Shown: positions 1-13,985, counted from the whole stretch's first letter. The stretch: DNA of 63,122 bases, filler included, from Octopus bimaculoides (GCF_001194135.2; 8 parts of 6 records of this genome joined end to end with filler, not necessarily neighbours in it), one strand, 5' to 3'. Translations and numbers: made by a program. The notes: generated from the letters alone by a model not told the origin.

Positions 1-20
1 ATATATATATATATATATAT

Positions 21-61
<41 letters not shown>

Positions 62-720
62 TAATTGGTCCAGCTAAACTAACATTTACACGACCTGTCA
101 TCGACTGAAGTTGTTCATCGAGGGCTCCCAAATTAGGAAGAATATAGTCTTCACTCTATTCAATGCATAATCAAAATAATATGTACATGAATCTGTTGGT
201 GTTTACGTCATAAGTATGAAAGATTTTGAGTTGCTCGATGCTGTGCTGAAAAAAAATTTGAATTAAAATTTATAACGGCTACATGAACCCAGTCTATCGT
301 GTATGAGTGTAGTTATATAAAGCGACACGCACATATATATTGCTGGTTACACAGAGAAAAACGTGCCTCATAGCTATTCAGACAGGACTGTAGTGATTTG
401 TCTAATTACCATAATAGAGCGAGCGTTGGGAACACGAATGTATAAAATATAGGATGTTCTACAGAAGTGGGGTAGATAGATATGTAAAGTACATTTACAA
501 CCTTGTAATTTTAGTAAACACATAATATTGCTGTGAAAAGTAGACACTGTTATTAAGCTTTCTCAACCTATAGTCAGAAAAAAAACCTATATATCCTATT
601 TCTGCTTTTTCACAACGGTCTTGTAAATTTATTTTTTTACGTTTCTACCTACCTCATTGCAGTGTTAATGCGTGTATATATACGTTAAAGAATATATATT
701 GATATACATAATACACAAAT

Positions 721-773
<53 letters not shown>

Positions 774-2312
774 NNNNNNNNNNNNNNNNNNNNNNNNNNN
801 NNNNNNNNNNNNNNNNNNNNNNNNNNNNNNNNNNNNNNNNNNNNNNNNNNNNNNNNNNNNNNNNNNNNNNNNNNNNNNNNNNNNNNNNNNNNNNNNNNNN
901 NNNNNNNNNNNNNNNNNNNNNNNNNNNNNNNNNNNNNNNNNNNNNNNNNNNNNNNNNNNNNNNNNNNNNNNNNNNNNNNNNNNNNNNNNNNNNNNNNNNN
1001 NNNNNNNNNNNNNNNNNNNNNNNNNNNNNNNNNNNNNNNNNNNNNNNNNNNNNNNNNNNNNNNNNNNNNNNNNNNNNNNNNNNNNNNNNNNNNNNNNNNN
1101 NNNNNNNNNNNNNNNNNNNNNNNNNNNNNNNNNNNNNNNNNNNNNNNNNNNNNNNNNNNNNNNNNNNNNNNNNNNNNNNNNNNNNNTATATATATAGGTA
1201 GATAGATATAACGTCGATATTAAGTTTCATGTGCTATGTTATAAATTGGGGTTTAAATTAGAGGTGCTAAACAAAGAAGAAAATATGCAAGTTTAGTGAC
1301 AAATAACCGTATATTCGACTAGTTCGTGGTACGTTATTCCAGTAATTCAGCAAGTATTTCCTTAAGTGTGAGCATTTATTGAATATCCCTGATTTCGCAT
1401 TTATATAGACAAACAATTTATTGAGATTCATAAGAATGAAGTGAAGCTTCTATTTGTTTTGTGTGGTTGTACATAATTCACAGATTTCAGTTCAATTTCT
1501 GTTTGGTTTATATCATTCAAGGATTTTCTATAATATATCAAATACAGTAATACATAATTTAATCTGCAGATACAATTAGATGTTTTAGTTTTGTTCCTAT
1601 TTTCTGTCTTCACAGGGAAAGAAGTATGGGTCATAATTAGATTTTGATCAAATTTTACCTTCTAAATTCTAACACAATGCTTGCGTTCGGTATCAGAATT
1701 TGGCTTTGTGGAAGTGATTTCAGCTTCATAAATAACTGCTTCAGAGAATATGACACTGCCGTTCAGATTATTTTTTATATTTACAAGGTTGCAGATGGCA
1801 CAACCGGTGTGCATGTCTGCTAATCATCAGCCACTAAATGCCAAGCCCGCCACACACTCGTCCTTTCCACATAAGTTATAGAGCAGGCGCTCCAGTCTGG
1901 TCAAATGGAAACTGGGGCAAGACAATACAGTCAGGCGGTAAACGATAACAGAGGTGATAAAAATATTTGCCGCTTCTTTCCGACTTTTCAGGAATAGCTT
2001 CCTCTCGGCACATTTCTGGGTGAGATTGACCACTCTACTCATCTTCGTTCAGGCGAGGAAAGTTTTTTCTAAAATAGTTTTATGAAGAAATTTACTCAAC
2101 TATCCAATGTCTTTTCAGTAAAAGATAACTCTTTAAATCAGTTTATATAAGCACTCTGACGGGGGATGTTTTTGGGAAGAGTTCGGCAAAACCCTCCTCA
2201 TTCGTCAAAATGTTTTTTTTTTTTTTTTGCTGATTACCTCTTCAATCAAATTGATGTTCCTCTTCTCAAGAACAACATCAGCAATGCTGATGATAATAAT
2301 AATAATAATAAC

Positions 2313-2376
<64 letters not shown>

Positions 2377-2447
2377 TCATCTCTGGCTGTCCAGTCCTAG
2401 CTAAATCTAAATACACACACACGTGTGTGTGTGTGTGTGTGTATACA

Positions 2448-2498
<51 letters not shown>

Positions 2499-2802
2499 NN
2501 NNNNNNNNNNNNNNNNNNNNNNNNNNNNNNNNNNNNNNNNNNNNNNNNNNNNNNNNNNNNNNNNNNNNNNNNNNNNNNNNNNNNNNNNNNNNNNNNNNNN
2601 NNNNNNNNNNNNNNNNNNNNNNNNNNNNNNNNNNNNNNNNNNNNNNNNNNNNNNNNNNNNNNNNNNNNNNNNNNNNNNNNNNNNNNNNNNNNNNNNNNNN
2701 NNNNNNNNNNNNNNNNNNNNNNNNNNNNNNNNNNNNNNNNNNNNNNNNNNNNNNNNNNNNNNNNNNNNNNNNNNNNNNNNNNNNNNNNNNNNNNNNNNNN
2801 NN

Positions 2803-2847
<45 letters not shown>

Positions 2848-2970
2848 TATATACATACATATATATATACATATACATACACATATATATACATATAGAT
2901 ATAGATACACATACATATATATATATACATACATATATTTATATATACATATATGCATACATATATATAT

Positions 2971-3131
2971 ACGACGGGCTTCTTTCAGTTTCCGTCTACC
3001 AAATTCACTCAAAGTTTTTGTCAGCCCGAGGCCATAGTACAAGGCACTTGCTCAAGGTGCCACGCAGTGGGACTGAATCCGGAACCATGTGGTTGGGAAG
3101 CAAGCTTCTTTCCACGCAGCTACGCCTGCGC
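2971..3131 (-). mobile_element. SINE A module
   Basis: Reverse complement of the A module (GACGGGCTTCTTTCAGTTTCCGTCTACC...). Confidence 0.8.
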
Positions 3132-3226
3132 TTTATGTATGTATGTATGTATGTATGTATGTATGTATGTATGTATGTATGTATCACTCTCTCTCTCTTT
3201 CTATATATATATATATATATATATAA

Positions 3227-3269
<43 letters not shown>

Positions 3270-3303
3270 CAGACAGACAGAGGGAGAGAGAGAAATAGAG
3301 AGA

Positions 3304-3750
3304 CATAACCGAGTAAGTAGTTGTATCCACTGGGCAATATTCCAACACTACAACATAAAAACTAACAAGAAATCGTATAAACGTGCGCCAAACAAGGTAC
3401 ACAACAACGAACAGGCAACAATTATTTGGGATATTCCTGACAAAGAAATCAAAGCTAATCAGACAGACATAATAATCAGGAATTGGAAAAAAAGAAAAAC
3501 ATCTGTTTAGTTGTAGACATTGTAATCCCTTCTGAGCAAAATATTTCTCAAAATGAAGTGGAGAAACTACCAAAATAGAAAAATCTCGAAACTGGGGTAT
3601 TCAAGATGTGGAGCATGACGGTAAAAATCAACACCAGTAATAACTAGAGCATTGAACTAAAAAAACGTATGAACAAAAACGTAGAAGTCATACCTGAGCT
3701 CCCAGCACCACACACTATACAAAAAATTGCCCTACTAGAGTAATGAACAC
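3304..3750 (+). mobile_element. R4/Dong-like non-LTR retrotransposon 3' fragment (restriction-like endonuclease domain), copy 1
   Basis: HNRVSSCIHW...ATIIWDIP-DKEIKANQTDIII...CLVVDIVIPSEQN...EVEKL...IQKIALL, with frameshifts and stops. Confidence 0.75.
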
Positions 3751-3759
3751 TAATCAAAG

Positions 3760-4175
3760 GCTGTGATAGAAAATGAGGATTACAAGATCATGTAGGTTTT
3801 CCATATGAAGACTGACCATGCTATTGAAGCAACAAGACCGGATATGATCAGAGGACAGAATAAACAAACACTGAAAGATCATAGATTTCGCAGTTCCCTA
3901 TGATATCAGAGTCGATACCAAAGAAATTGAAAAGGAATTAGAAATACCAGGATCTAGCGAGAGAACTAAAGAGACTGCGGAAGACCGAAACAACAATTAT
4001 TCCTGTAGTAATCGGTACACATGGCATCACACTCAAAATGCTACCTAGAAGACTGAAAGAGATTGGAATTGAAGCTCGCACTATCGATTTGTACATCCTA
4101 TATTCAGCAAGAACCATAACTAAGATTCTTGAGATTTGCGGTGACTTGCTAACTAAATTAGCATGCACTAGTGCA
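3760..4175 (+). mobile_element. R4/Dong-like REL retrotransposon 3' fragment, copy 2
   Basis: VIENEDYKI...TDHAIEATRPDM...IIDFAVPYDIRVDTKEIEK..KYQDLARELKRL...IIPVVIGTHG...ARTITKILE, followed by an AAT/AAC tract. Confidence 0.8.
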
Positions 4176-4220
4176 ATAATAACAACAACAACAGCAACAA
4201 TAATTATAATAATGCTTGGG

Positions 4221-4430
4221 AATTTTGGCACAAGGCCAGTAATTTGAGGGGAGGGCGCAAGTTGATTTCATCGACCGAAGTAGTTTATCGACTCTGAAAG
4301 GATGAAAGGCAAAAATCGACCTCAGCAAAATTTGAACTCAGAACGTAAAGGACGGAATAAATGCCGCTAAGCATTCTATCCGGCGTGCTAGCCATTCTGC
4401 CAACTCACCGCCTTACTACAACAACAATAT

Positions 4431-4516
<86 letters not shown>

Positions 4517-4890
4517 CCTTTCTACTATAGGTACAAGGCATGAAATTTTGGGGGAAGGGTACCAGTCGATTAGATCGACCCTCGTACGCAACTAGTACTT
4601 AATTTATCGACCTCGAAAGGATAAAAGACAAAATGGACTTCGGCGGAATTTGAACTCAGAATGTCAAGGCGGACGAAATGCCGCTAAGCATTTTGTCCGA
4701 CATGCTAATGATTCTGCCAGCAATGATAATATTTGTTTCAAATCTTGTCACAAGGCCAGTAATTTTCGGAGAAGAAGTTAGTCAATTACATCGGCCCCGA
4801 TTATTGGGCCCGTACTTGATTTTATCGATCCTGTAAGGACTAAAGGTAAAGTCGACTTCAGCAGAATTTGAACTCAGAGCGTAAAGAGTC
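4221..4890 (-). mobile_element. Three head-to-tail copies of tRNA-derived SINE family C (about 4221-4415, 4514-4720, 4735-4890)
   Basis: Each has TTTGAACTCAGA (reverse complement of B-box-like TCTGAGTTCAAA), ATGCCGCTAAGCATT and ATCGAC cores, separated by TAC/AAT tracts. Confidence 0.8.
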
Positions 4891-5133
4891 AGAGGAAAGG
4901 TAACTAAGATTTTTGTTCGGAAAAAATCGATATACCAATGAAAATTTGGAAAGTCCTCTCTACGTTTTATATCCGGCAAGATTCGACAGAAAATGTGTAA
5001 GTCAGCGTGAAAACCAAAAATGACTTACAATTTCTGGCCAAAAAATAGAAATGGAAAGTTTGATTTTATCTGTACAGGATTAATAGCCAAACTACAAATA
5101 AATAAATAAGTAAATGAATAAATAAATAAACAA

Positions 5134-5137
<4 letters not shown>

Positions 5138-5197
<60 letters not shown>
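5138..5197 (+). repeat. (GATA)n microsatellite, representative of dozens of AT, CA, GA, TACA, GATA and AAT tracts in the window
   Basis: Direct inspection. Confidence 0.95.
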
Positions 5198-5198
<1 letters not shown>

Positions 5199-5358
5199 GA
5201 AATACGAGGCTAACATTTACTGCGTACTATGAAATCTACCAAATGAAATACTTCATCACATTTTTTTCTGGTTCCCCTGTTCCAGCAAATATAGAATGCA
5301 TTGTATTTATATATGATCAGGCAGGTAGGTACTTTTAAATAACAAAAGGATGTATATA

Positions 5359-5395
<37 letters not shown>

Positions 5396-5402
5396 GTCTG
5401 TA

Positions 5403-5610
5403 TTTGTGTATCTGTGTTCGTCTCCCCACCATCGCTTGACAACCGATGTAGGTGTGTTTACGTTCCCGTAACTTAGCGGTTCGGCAAAAGAGACCGATAG
5501 TATAAGTATTAGGCTTAGAAAGAATAAGTCCTGGGGTCAATTTATTTGACTAAAAGGCGGCGCTCCAGTATGGCTGCAATCAAATGACTGAAACAAGTAA
5601 AAGCGTAAAA
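5403..5610 (+). mobile_element. SINE B module
   Basis: CCACCATCGCTTGACAACCGATG...GGCGGCGCTCCAGTATGGC..GAAACAAGTAAAAG. Confidence 0.8.
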
Positions 5611-5669
5611 GAGTAAAGAGTATACATACATACATACATACATACATACATACATACATACATGCATGC

Positions 5670-5704
<35 letters not shown>

Positions 5705-6421
5705 CATATATATATATATATATAAACAAGGGTTCAAAAATAAGTTGAGCCAATGATTGAGCGTCTCTGTAATCGATCAATTCTCAAGTAATGGAAGCTA
5801 AATCTACGTCAAGTCACACCCCATCGTCTTAGAAAATCTAAATAATACATTAGTTACTAAGGTCCTATGTGCCCAATGCCCGAAGAAGAAAGGTTGGTGA
5901 GGGCTGAAATACCTTTAATCATAGGCCTGCTCGATCATGGCTGGGACAAAACAATAGAAATAACAACACTATTAGGCAGGTAAAAATAATAATAAAATAG
6001 CCGTGCTAGACACAGACCACAAGGCACACAAAACAATTTCAATTCAGTAGCACATCACACAGTACATTTTAGCAGAATAATGTTCTCAGTACTACTTTAA
6101 CAACGATCCACGCAGAACACATCCGACACAAGCAGCACCTAATAAACTAACACAACTTACACAACCTATATTGTACACAATAAGCAAACGAAATACTAAA
6201 ATAACACCAGAAACAACGAAATAAATGTTACACCACAGCCACTTACATATAACGTATATGCACCTTTCTACTCTTCTAGAAAGACAGTATTACATACACC
6301 TCGCAAAATCAGACATGCACCGGTGTTGCAGTAAAAGCTCGCATATAAATACTGAAATAGAATTAGTTTGTGTGTATGTGTGTGTATTGTATATATATAT
6401 ATATAAACAAAGACATACATA

Positions 6422-7404
6422 TGGGTGTGGGACAAAATAATGGAAGTACCTTAAAATTTCAAACAAATCTATTTTAATATGGACTAGGACCGCCTTTGGC
6501 AGTAATTACAGCTTGAATTCTACGAGGTAATGACCCGTACAAAGTTTGAATTGTTTCCAAAGGAATTTTTGTCCATTCTTCAGCTAAGACAGTTTCCAGT
6601 TCTTGTAGTGATGATGGGGGAGGATATCGACTCCTTACTTGTTTTTCTAAAATGCACCATAAATGTTCAATAATATTGAGATCTGGGGACTATGGTGGCC
6701 AGATAAGATGTACAGCTTCACTAGAATATTCCTCGTGCCATTCAGTAACAACTTTATCTGTGTGAATTAGTGCATTATCATCCTGAAAGATTGCGTTTCC
6801 CTCCGGAAACAGTTCCGCAACCATAGGATGAATTTGATCAGATAAAATACTTAAATAGTCTTGACTATTAATTCTGCCATGAAGGGAAACCATTGGACCG
6901 GTGGATTTCCAAGATATAGCCCCCCCCCCGATCATCACAGCTCCTCCTCCATGTTTAACAGTTGAAAGAAAGCAGTCTGGGTCAAATGGTTCTTTTGGCT
7001 GTCACCACACGTATACTCGGCCGATGGTCGGAAATAAGTTAACTGATGACTCGTCAGAGAAAATAACATTTTTCCACTAGTTTAGGGACCAATTCTGTAG
7101 GTTTTTACTCCACTCTAAACGCTTTGCAAAGTTTGTTTTTGAAAGTAGTGGTTTTCTGATTGCAGCCCTCCCGTGAACTCCGGCTTTGTGCAGCTACGGC
7201 GAACAGTTTTTGTGGAAACTGGGTTTTCGAGGTAGTCATTAAGCTCTGCAGTAATTTTGGGAGCTGTACTTTTGTGATCCTTTCTAACAATTTGTATAAG
7301 AGTCCGGCGATCTCTTTCTGAAAGTTTTGGTTTTCTTCTGGAGTTTTGTTTCGACGAGGAGGTTTTTCCCTTCTTTCTCAAAGGCTGTCATTACTTTCGA
7401 GACA
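6422..7404 (-). mobile_element. Tc1-family (DD34E) DNA transposon relic; transposase pseudogene 7404->6474, 5' end lost in gap
   Basis: Minus-strand frames give GKTSSSKQNSRRKPKLSERDRRTL (HTH), FSDES, KHGGG, IFQDDNA-IH, WPP*SPDLNIIEHLW, ending AKGGPSPY*; one frameshift near 7195 and internal stops; TIR-like end GGGTGTGGGACAAAATAATGGAA next to TA at 6420-6421. Confidence 0.92.
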
Positions 7405-8398
7405 NNNNNNNNNNNNNNNNNNNNNNNNNNNNNNNNNNNNNNNNNNNNTTAATTAATTAANNNNNNNNNNNNNNNNNNNNNNNNNNNNNNNNNNNNNNNN
7501 NNNNATCTCTCTTTCTCTCTCTCTATCTCTGTATGTATATATATATATATATATATATATAGAGTGTATAGGTATTTATATACAGACAGGTGACTCTTGA
7601 CAGGACACCTTACATACTGTAAAGGGCAGCCAAACCCAAACCATGAAAAAAAAAAAAAAAGAGAAATTCAAAGAGACTGAAAACAACATTTATTAATAAT
7701 TAACATCAAACTTGAGTTTCTGTATTAATGAACAAATAAATTAATTTGTAATCCGTACTTCGCCAGTGCGTACCAAAAGGCTTTAAAATTATGAAACTTT
7801 TACTGTGAAATATTATAAGGGTACAGCATTTAGAAAAATAATTATGTATAACACTTTTATGAAAATAATAATTATATCATTTATGAATCTTTTGTGTCAT
7901 TTGTCATATTCAATGGAGTAAAGATTTTATGTTCCCTCGTGCGACTGCCACATATCATTGTTGACCAATCAATTCGAACGTTGATACATAACTTTCTGAA
8001 ACACAATCCTTCTGTAAATAAAGACAAACTGTTTTTATTACAACGGCCTGAATAGACATAATTCACGACACAATTCCATATACTTAACATTTTTGAAAGT
8101 CTAATGTGAAATCGATAAAGTGTATTCCTATATTTTCAAAATATAATTAGATTCAAATTAATTCTAACACATTCCCTGTAGATTTCCAGCTTCATTTCTT
8201 TTATTCCTACATATGTTTGGATTAATAATAATTTCTCTTTCTGTTTCTCCCGATCTCTGTTTCTTTCACTATATATATATATATATATATNNNNNNNNNN
8301 NNNNNNNNNNNNNNNNNNNNNNNNNNNNNNNNNNNNNNNNNNNNNNNNNNNNNNNNNNNNNNNNNNNNNNNNNNNNNNNNNNNNNNNNNNNNNNNNNN

Positions 8399-8432
<34 letters not shown>

Positions 8433-8699
8433 CGTGTGTGTGTGTGTGTGTGTGTGTGTACGTGAAATAAACACGAGAGATGCTTTGCCCACACAGGAAC
8501 TGAATGAGTTACTCAGAGGTTTTGCAAGTTCTTCTAAATCCATTCCCATGCTGCCATGTCGGAAACCCTTCCATACCGTCAGCAGGTATCTCAGGGTTAG
8601 AAGAACTTCTCTGATAGCAAGGACTACGTAAAGATTCCACTTGCGATCTCTTACTAACCATAGCCCAACTCAAGCTAGTTTTACTAATATATATATATA

Positions 8700-8919
8700 T
8701 ATGAGAAGAGTGTTGGTAGAAACTCCATCCGTTGCACTCAGTGCAAGCTTTGGGCACATACGAGGTGCAGTGGTATAAAAGGAAGGTTAATGGAGAATAT
8801 AGCCTTTGTGTGAGTGCAAGTACAATAAGCAGTAAAAATACACAGACTACGGGCTCTCACAAATGCTCGGGCGGGTCATTAGAATTAGTAGATAGCTTCT
8901 GTTACCTAGGAGATCAAGT

Positions 8920-8983
<64 letters not shown>

Positions 8984-9842
8984 TGTGTGTGTGTATGTTC
9001 TGAAAATGTAGTTGCTATGATAAGAACGGAGGGTGAAGTTCAGAGAGCTTCTACCCTTGTTGGTAACTAAGGGCCTCTCACTCAGAAAGGCAAATTGTAT
9101 GATACCTGTGTACGTACAGCTATGCTACATGTCAGTGAAGCATGGGCTTTGATTACAGAGGACTTGCGAAGGCTTGATTGAAATGAAGCTAGTCTGCACC
9201 CCTGGATGGGTAATGTTAGTGTGTATTCATGACATACAGTTTAAACGATTTAAGAGTAAAACTGAACATAAGTGGTATCAGATGTTGTGTGCAAGAAGGA
9301 GGACTGCACTTGCTCGGCCATGTGATGCATATGGGTGAGGACAACTGCATAAAGAAGTGTTGAGCTCTAATTGTGGAGGATACGTGTGGAAGGGTAGACT
9401 CAGGAAGACGTGGGACGAAGTTGTGGGAAAGGATCTTCGGACGCTGGGCCTCACTGTGGAAATTACAAGGGACCGGGAGATGTGGCGATTTGTTGTACTA
9501 AATAAGACATGTCAAGTTATGTGAAATCGTTTTTCTCCACAAATACAGGCTTGTTCTTTGAAGTACCGGTGCCACTAAAACATGGACTGCATTTACGCAC
9601 CCGTACCGGTGGTGCGTAAACGCTCTCGAGACGGTAACACGTAAAAAGCATCCAGCACACTATGTTAGGTGGTTGGCGTTAGGAAGAGCATCCAGCCGTA
9701 GAAACCATGCTACAACTGACAGTTGGAGTCCGAACAGCTTCCAGCTAGCTAGTTCCTTGTCAAACTGTCCAACAATTGTCAGTATAGAGAGTAGGCGGAC
9801 GTTAAACGTTGATGATGATAATGATGATGATGATGAAGATGA

Positions 9843-9845
<3 letters not shown>
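8700..9845 (+). mobile_element. RTE-clade LINE 3' portion (RT C-terminus, 3' UTR, (GAT)n tail), degenerate
   Basis: VGRNSIRCTQCKLWAH-RCSGIKGRL, LELVDSFCYLGDQV, KGKLYD-CVRTAML, GHVMHM, RKTWDEVV-KDL; 3' motif GGTTGGCGTTAGGAAGAGCATCCAGCCGTAGAAAC; ends GACGTTAAACG(TTG)(ATG)n. Confidence 0.88.
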
Positions 9846-9873
<28 letters not shown>

Positions 9874-10795
9874 GCATGTACGTGTGTGACTGTGTGTGAG
9901 TGTTGGGGTGTGGAGTTGTCTATATACTTGTCCGAAGTCTTGTACATATTTCTTGATTGAAATATATGAATATATAACCTTTTAGAGAGTGTTGTTTCTC
10001 CACGTAATTACATTTCTACTTAGCCAGAATTTCATTTTCAAAATAACACTCATGGGTTTAATAATCTTTCATTGGTTTCTTTCTTCGAAAATCATATATT
10101 AACAATATAAATTTTGCTAAGATCCATTTTGATCAGAAGCCTTCAAATACAAGTAGACGCAACATATGAGTTACGACACACCCACACACACACGCAAGTA
10201 TATATATGTATGTATATGTATGTATGCATGTATATGTTTATTGTTGAAATTTCATTTTCAATAATTAAGATGTCCACTTCGATTTATATTTGTGAGTTTT
10301 AGTACTTTTCAGAAAATATTATTAATAAATACCTCCTAAATCTATTCTTCCGACAATATTTTTACCCTTTTGTTTTTTTGGNNNNNNNNNNTTTTTTTTT
10401 TTTTTTTTGTAATTTTAATAAATTTAACTTTCATCATTCAGTCTTTACAGTAAAAGTTGTTTTACAAAGTAATTACTGATTCACTTTAAAAACTACTTTA
10501 GTTTATTATATTGATTTGATAACTTCCTATAATTCTATCACATTTTTCTCATATTTCAAGCTACAATAAATGTCATTCGGTTTATATTATAAAACAACTT
10601 TAAGAATAATTTATTTTGTTGTTTGAAAAGCTCTGGTAATTTCTGTAATCAGAGGAAGAACTCTCAAGAGGATAAAATCGTCTTGAAACAAGTGAAAACT
10701 TCTAAATTATGTTAGTCGCATCCTCGTAAAAGAACATTTTCCCTTAAAAAATACATTCACGCACAAAAATATACACACACTCACTCACACTTGCG

Positions 10796-10872
<77 letters not shown>

Positions 10873-10884
10873 GTGTGTATGTTT

Positions 10885-11345
10885 ATAGGGTGCACACAAA
10901 GCAGTGAACATCCAAACAATAACGAATCTATATTTGATATTTCTAGCGATTTTAACGTGAGTATCTCATCGCTGTAGCTTGTTCGACATCGAATAACACA
11001 TTCTTCCCACGTGTGTCATTGGATTATACGATAAACGCTTGTACAATACCAGTACACGTTCTAAGTCTCTCTGATTAGTACCCAGTGACAGGCAGATGTA
11101 TGATGACTAGTAATCACGTGAAACTACAGGTTTTACATGAGATTGTCTCTTCTAGAAGGATGCTGTGACACCAACTTGGGGTCTCTCACTCTCGGTGGAT
11201 TTTATTGAACACTTTGACACCAACCACAAGTATTTCTGCATCCTTGGGATAAGATGGATTCTCAATACATTACTTATATTCTAATCAACCCATAGCTGAA
11301 ATCTTGGTACGCGCTACTACTCCAAGTCAGAGCAGACCTGAGAAC
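10885..11345 (-). mobile_element. Possible highly degenerate mariner-like 3' end
   Basis: TATAGGGTG TIR-like start at about 10885; minus-strand HTWEE..(F)DVEQAT resembles a mariner C-terminus; weak. Confidence 0.3.
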
Positions 11346-11655
11346 NNNNNNNNNNNNNNNNNNNNNNNNNNNNNNNNNNNNNNNNNNNNNNNNNNNNNNN
11401 NNNNNNNNNNNNNNNNNNNNNNNNNNNNNNNNNNNNNNNNNNNNNNNNNNNNNNNNNNNNNNNNNNNNNNNNNNNNNNNNNNNNNNNNNNNNNNNNNNNN
11501 NNNNNNNNNNNNNNNNNNNNNNNNNNNNNNNNNNNNNNNNNNNNNNNNNNNNNNNNNNNNNNNNNNNNNNNNNNNNNNNNNNNNNNNNNNNNNNNNNNNN
11601 NNNNNNNNNNNNNNNNNNNNNNNNNNNNNNNNNNNNNNNNNNNNNNNNNNNNNNN

Positions 11656-11711
<56 letters not shown>

Positions 11712-12979
11712 GCATGCAAAAACACACATATATACACATATACGTAATTACAGTTTTACTTGGTGCGTAATATTAATTACCGTCCTCGTTAAAAAGATCC
11801 TTGTATTTGTGTATCTTGAAATATTTGCATGTTTTTCATACACTTTTGAAATATATTATTGTACTGCACATCCTGCAGCACGTATATGTGAATAATAATA
11901 TCACTGTCTTTAAAGCTTTTCTTTAAATTCAAACTGAACAACTCATTTGATCAAACATTTCCGAGTAACAAAAAAGTTTTTACAAAACTCATTCAACTGA
12001 AAGAACTTTACTTGCCGATGACAGAATTTAATTTCTTATACAACGTGAAAACCTATTGAGAATTGCAGCGATCTCATCAATTTCACATGCTACAGGGATT
12101 CCATAAGGAGATGATGCAATGCTTTCGCATGAAGTAAACACTACATACAACAGAGACTCTAAAACAAGATAATTTCAGAAATTAATAAATGTTTTCATGT
12201 TGAACATTAAAATGCTGTTAGTAATTTAGAATATCATGTAAAAGACGATACAAAGACTAAAAGCCTAATTGAAAAACTTGCTCTTGTGTTATACAAAATC
12301 ACATATTTTCATAATGTTATTTTATTTTATTGTTTAAAAATGCTTTAGGTGAATGTTTACTTTCTCATGTTATGGCACAACACTGAACGGCTAAATACAT
12401 TTTGTGTCAACACACATGCTCAAAAACGTACCCATAATCACACATATGCACACGTACGCGTAAAAATACAAGCACACACGGAAACATACACAAACATATA
12501 CATCCACACATGCATATACATACGTATACACACGTGCACAAGCATGCGTAGACACAGACAAGCACATACACATACATTTGAAGCTGGAATTTCAATCCAT
12601 TGTTATTTAAAGTGTTGTGTTAGCGGTTTCGAGCAACATACTAATGGAAATAGGATATCGTGTTATATAGAAATAAAAACTCTAGTCTCTTCTTAGAATG
12701 GTCAAGGTAACTTGTCCAGTGAAGCGTGAACAAACTGGCTTTGAAACGTATAGAAATATACTTGTCTATGTGCGAAGTAAATAACATGGTGTATCTAAGT
12801 TTGTTAAAATTACAGACTACATGGATCACAAACTGTAGGTAAACTACATTGTAGTTCTCTTAGACTTTCTAATATGCGCTGTTACTGCGTATCATATATC
12901 GATCTACTTTTATATAAATATGTATATATACATGGAGATATATATGCGTTTGTATGTGCGTGCGAGTTTATATTCTGTT

Positions 12980-13200
12980 ATTCTTTTATTCTTTTACTTG
13001 CTTCTGTAATTTGACTTCGGCCATACTGGAAAACCGCCTTTAGTCGAACAAATCGATCCCGGGACTGATTCTTTGTAAGCTTAGTACTTATTTTATCGAT
13101 CTCTTTTGCCGAACCGCTAGTATATGGGGACGTAAACACACCAGCATCGGTTGTTAAGCGATGATGGTGGGGACAAACACAGGTACACAAATACACACAC
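12980..13200 (-). mobile_element. SINE B module
   Basis: Reverse complement of the B module. Confidence 0.8.
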
Positions 13201-13254
13201 ATATCTGTGTGTGTTTATATAAATATATGCAAAATGTAGCAATATGTGGATCGT

Positions 13255-13400
13255 TGGCAATTTTTTTCCCTCCGTCTTCCTTTTCTCTTGGACTTTCTTC
13301 TATCTCCTGCTTCTGAAAAAGAGCTTTGCTCGAAACGTAAAACTACCTTTCCTTCGTTCCCTGAGGCGATTTTTTTTTCCCACGGGAGTTCCCGTCCCCA
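13255..13400 (+). mobile_element. Penelope-type terminal repeat relic with degenerate minimal hammerhead motif
   Basis: CTGAAAA-A-GAGC-TTT-GCTC-GAAACGTA at 13313-13339. Confidence 0.45.
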
Positions 13401-13919
13401 CCAATGAGCTCATTTCCATACAGCCAATCAGAGCTCACCTTGACCTTGTTGTCAAGTTAACAAACACGATCTTCCAAGTAAACTGAAGACGAAGAACAGT
13501 GTTGTAAGTAGACCGATCGTCAACTTATGCCTGATTTTAGGAGACAAGTAATTAGATAGATTTGCATCTATACCTATTATCGGATTTTGTTAAGGCCCCG
13601 TATGGTAAAGATGTAGATGATTAAAATGTGGGTAGAGGGTGATGTGCTAGCAACCCTCTCCCCTTACTGTTTTACAAAATAAACAACACAATTAACTACG
13701 CAAAGGCAGCCATGGTTGAAACAAGAACAAGAAGTATTCTAAAAATAGAAAAAAGGCATGGTCATTCCTTACACAAGTGACCTTATCTTACCGCCCATCA
13801 CTTGTTATGCGCTCATAAATTAGGTTGATGCAGTGTCTGTAGTAGTTTTTCCAGCTGTTTATCATTTGTAGCGTATAGTTTTAGGTCATCCATATATAAA
13901 AGGTGGTTGATTGTTTTGT

Positions 13920-13985
<66 letters not shown>

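Noticed and set aside
1827-2042. ORF with VIVYRLT..SC motif resembling a Penelope GIY-YIG
   Set aside because: The YIG half and conserved Arg/His are not recognisable; too weak to call.
7449-7460. TTAATTAATTAA flanked by Ns, also at 14207, 32648, 40197, 51885, 57218 and 60336 (regular repeat-like signal)
   Set aside because: Sits in the centre of a fixed 100-nt N spacer (44 N + 12 + 44 N where counted); an artificial six-frame-stop scaffolding linker, not biology.
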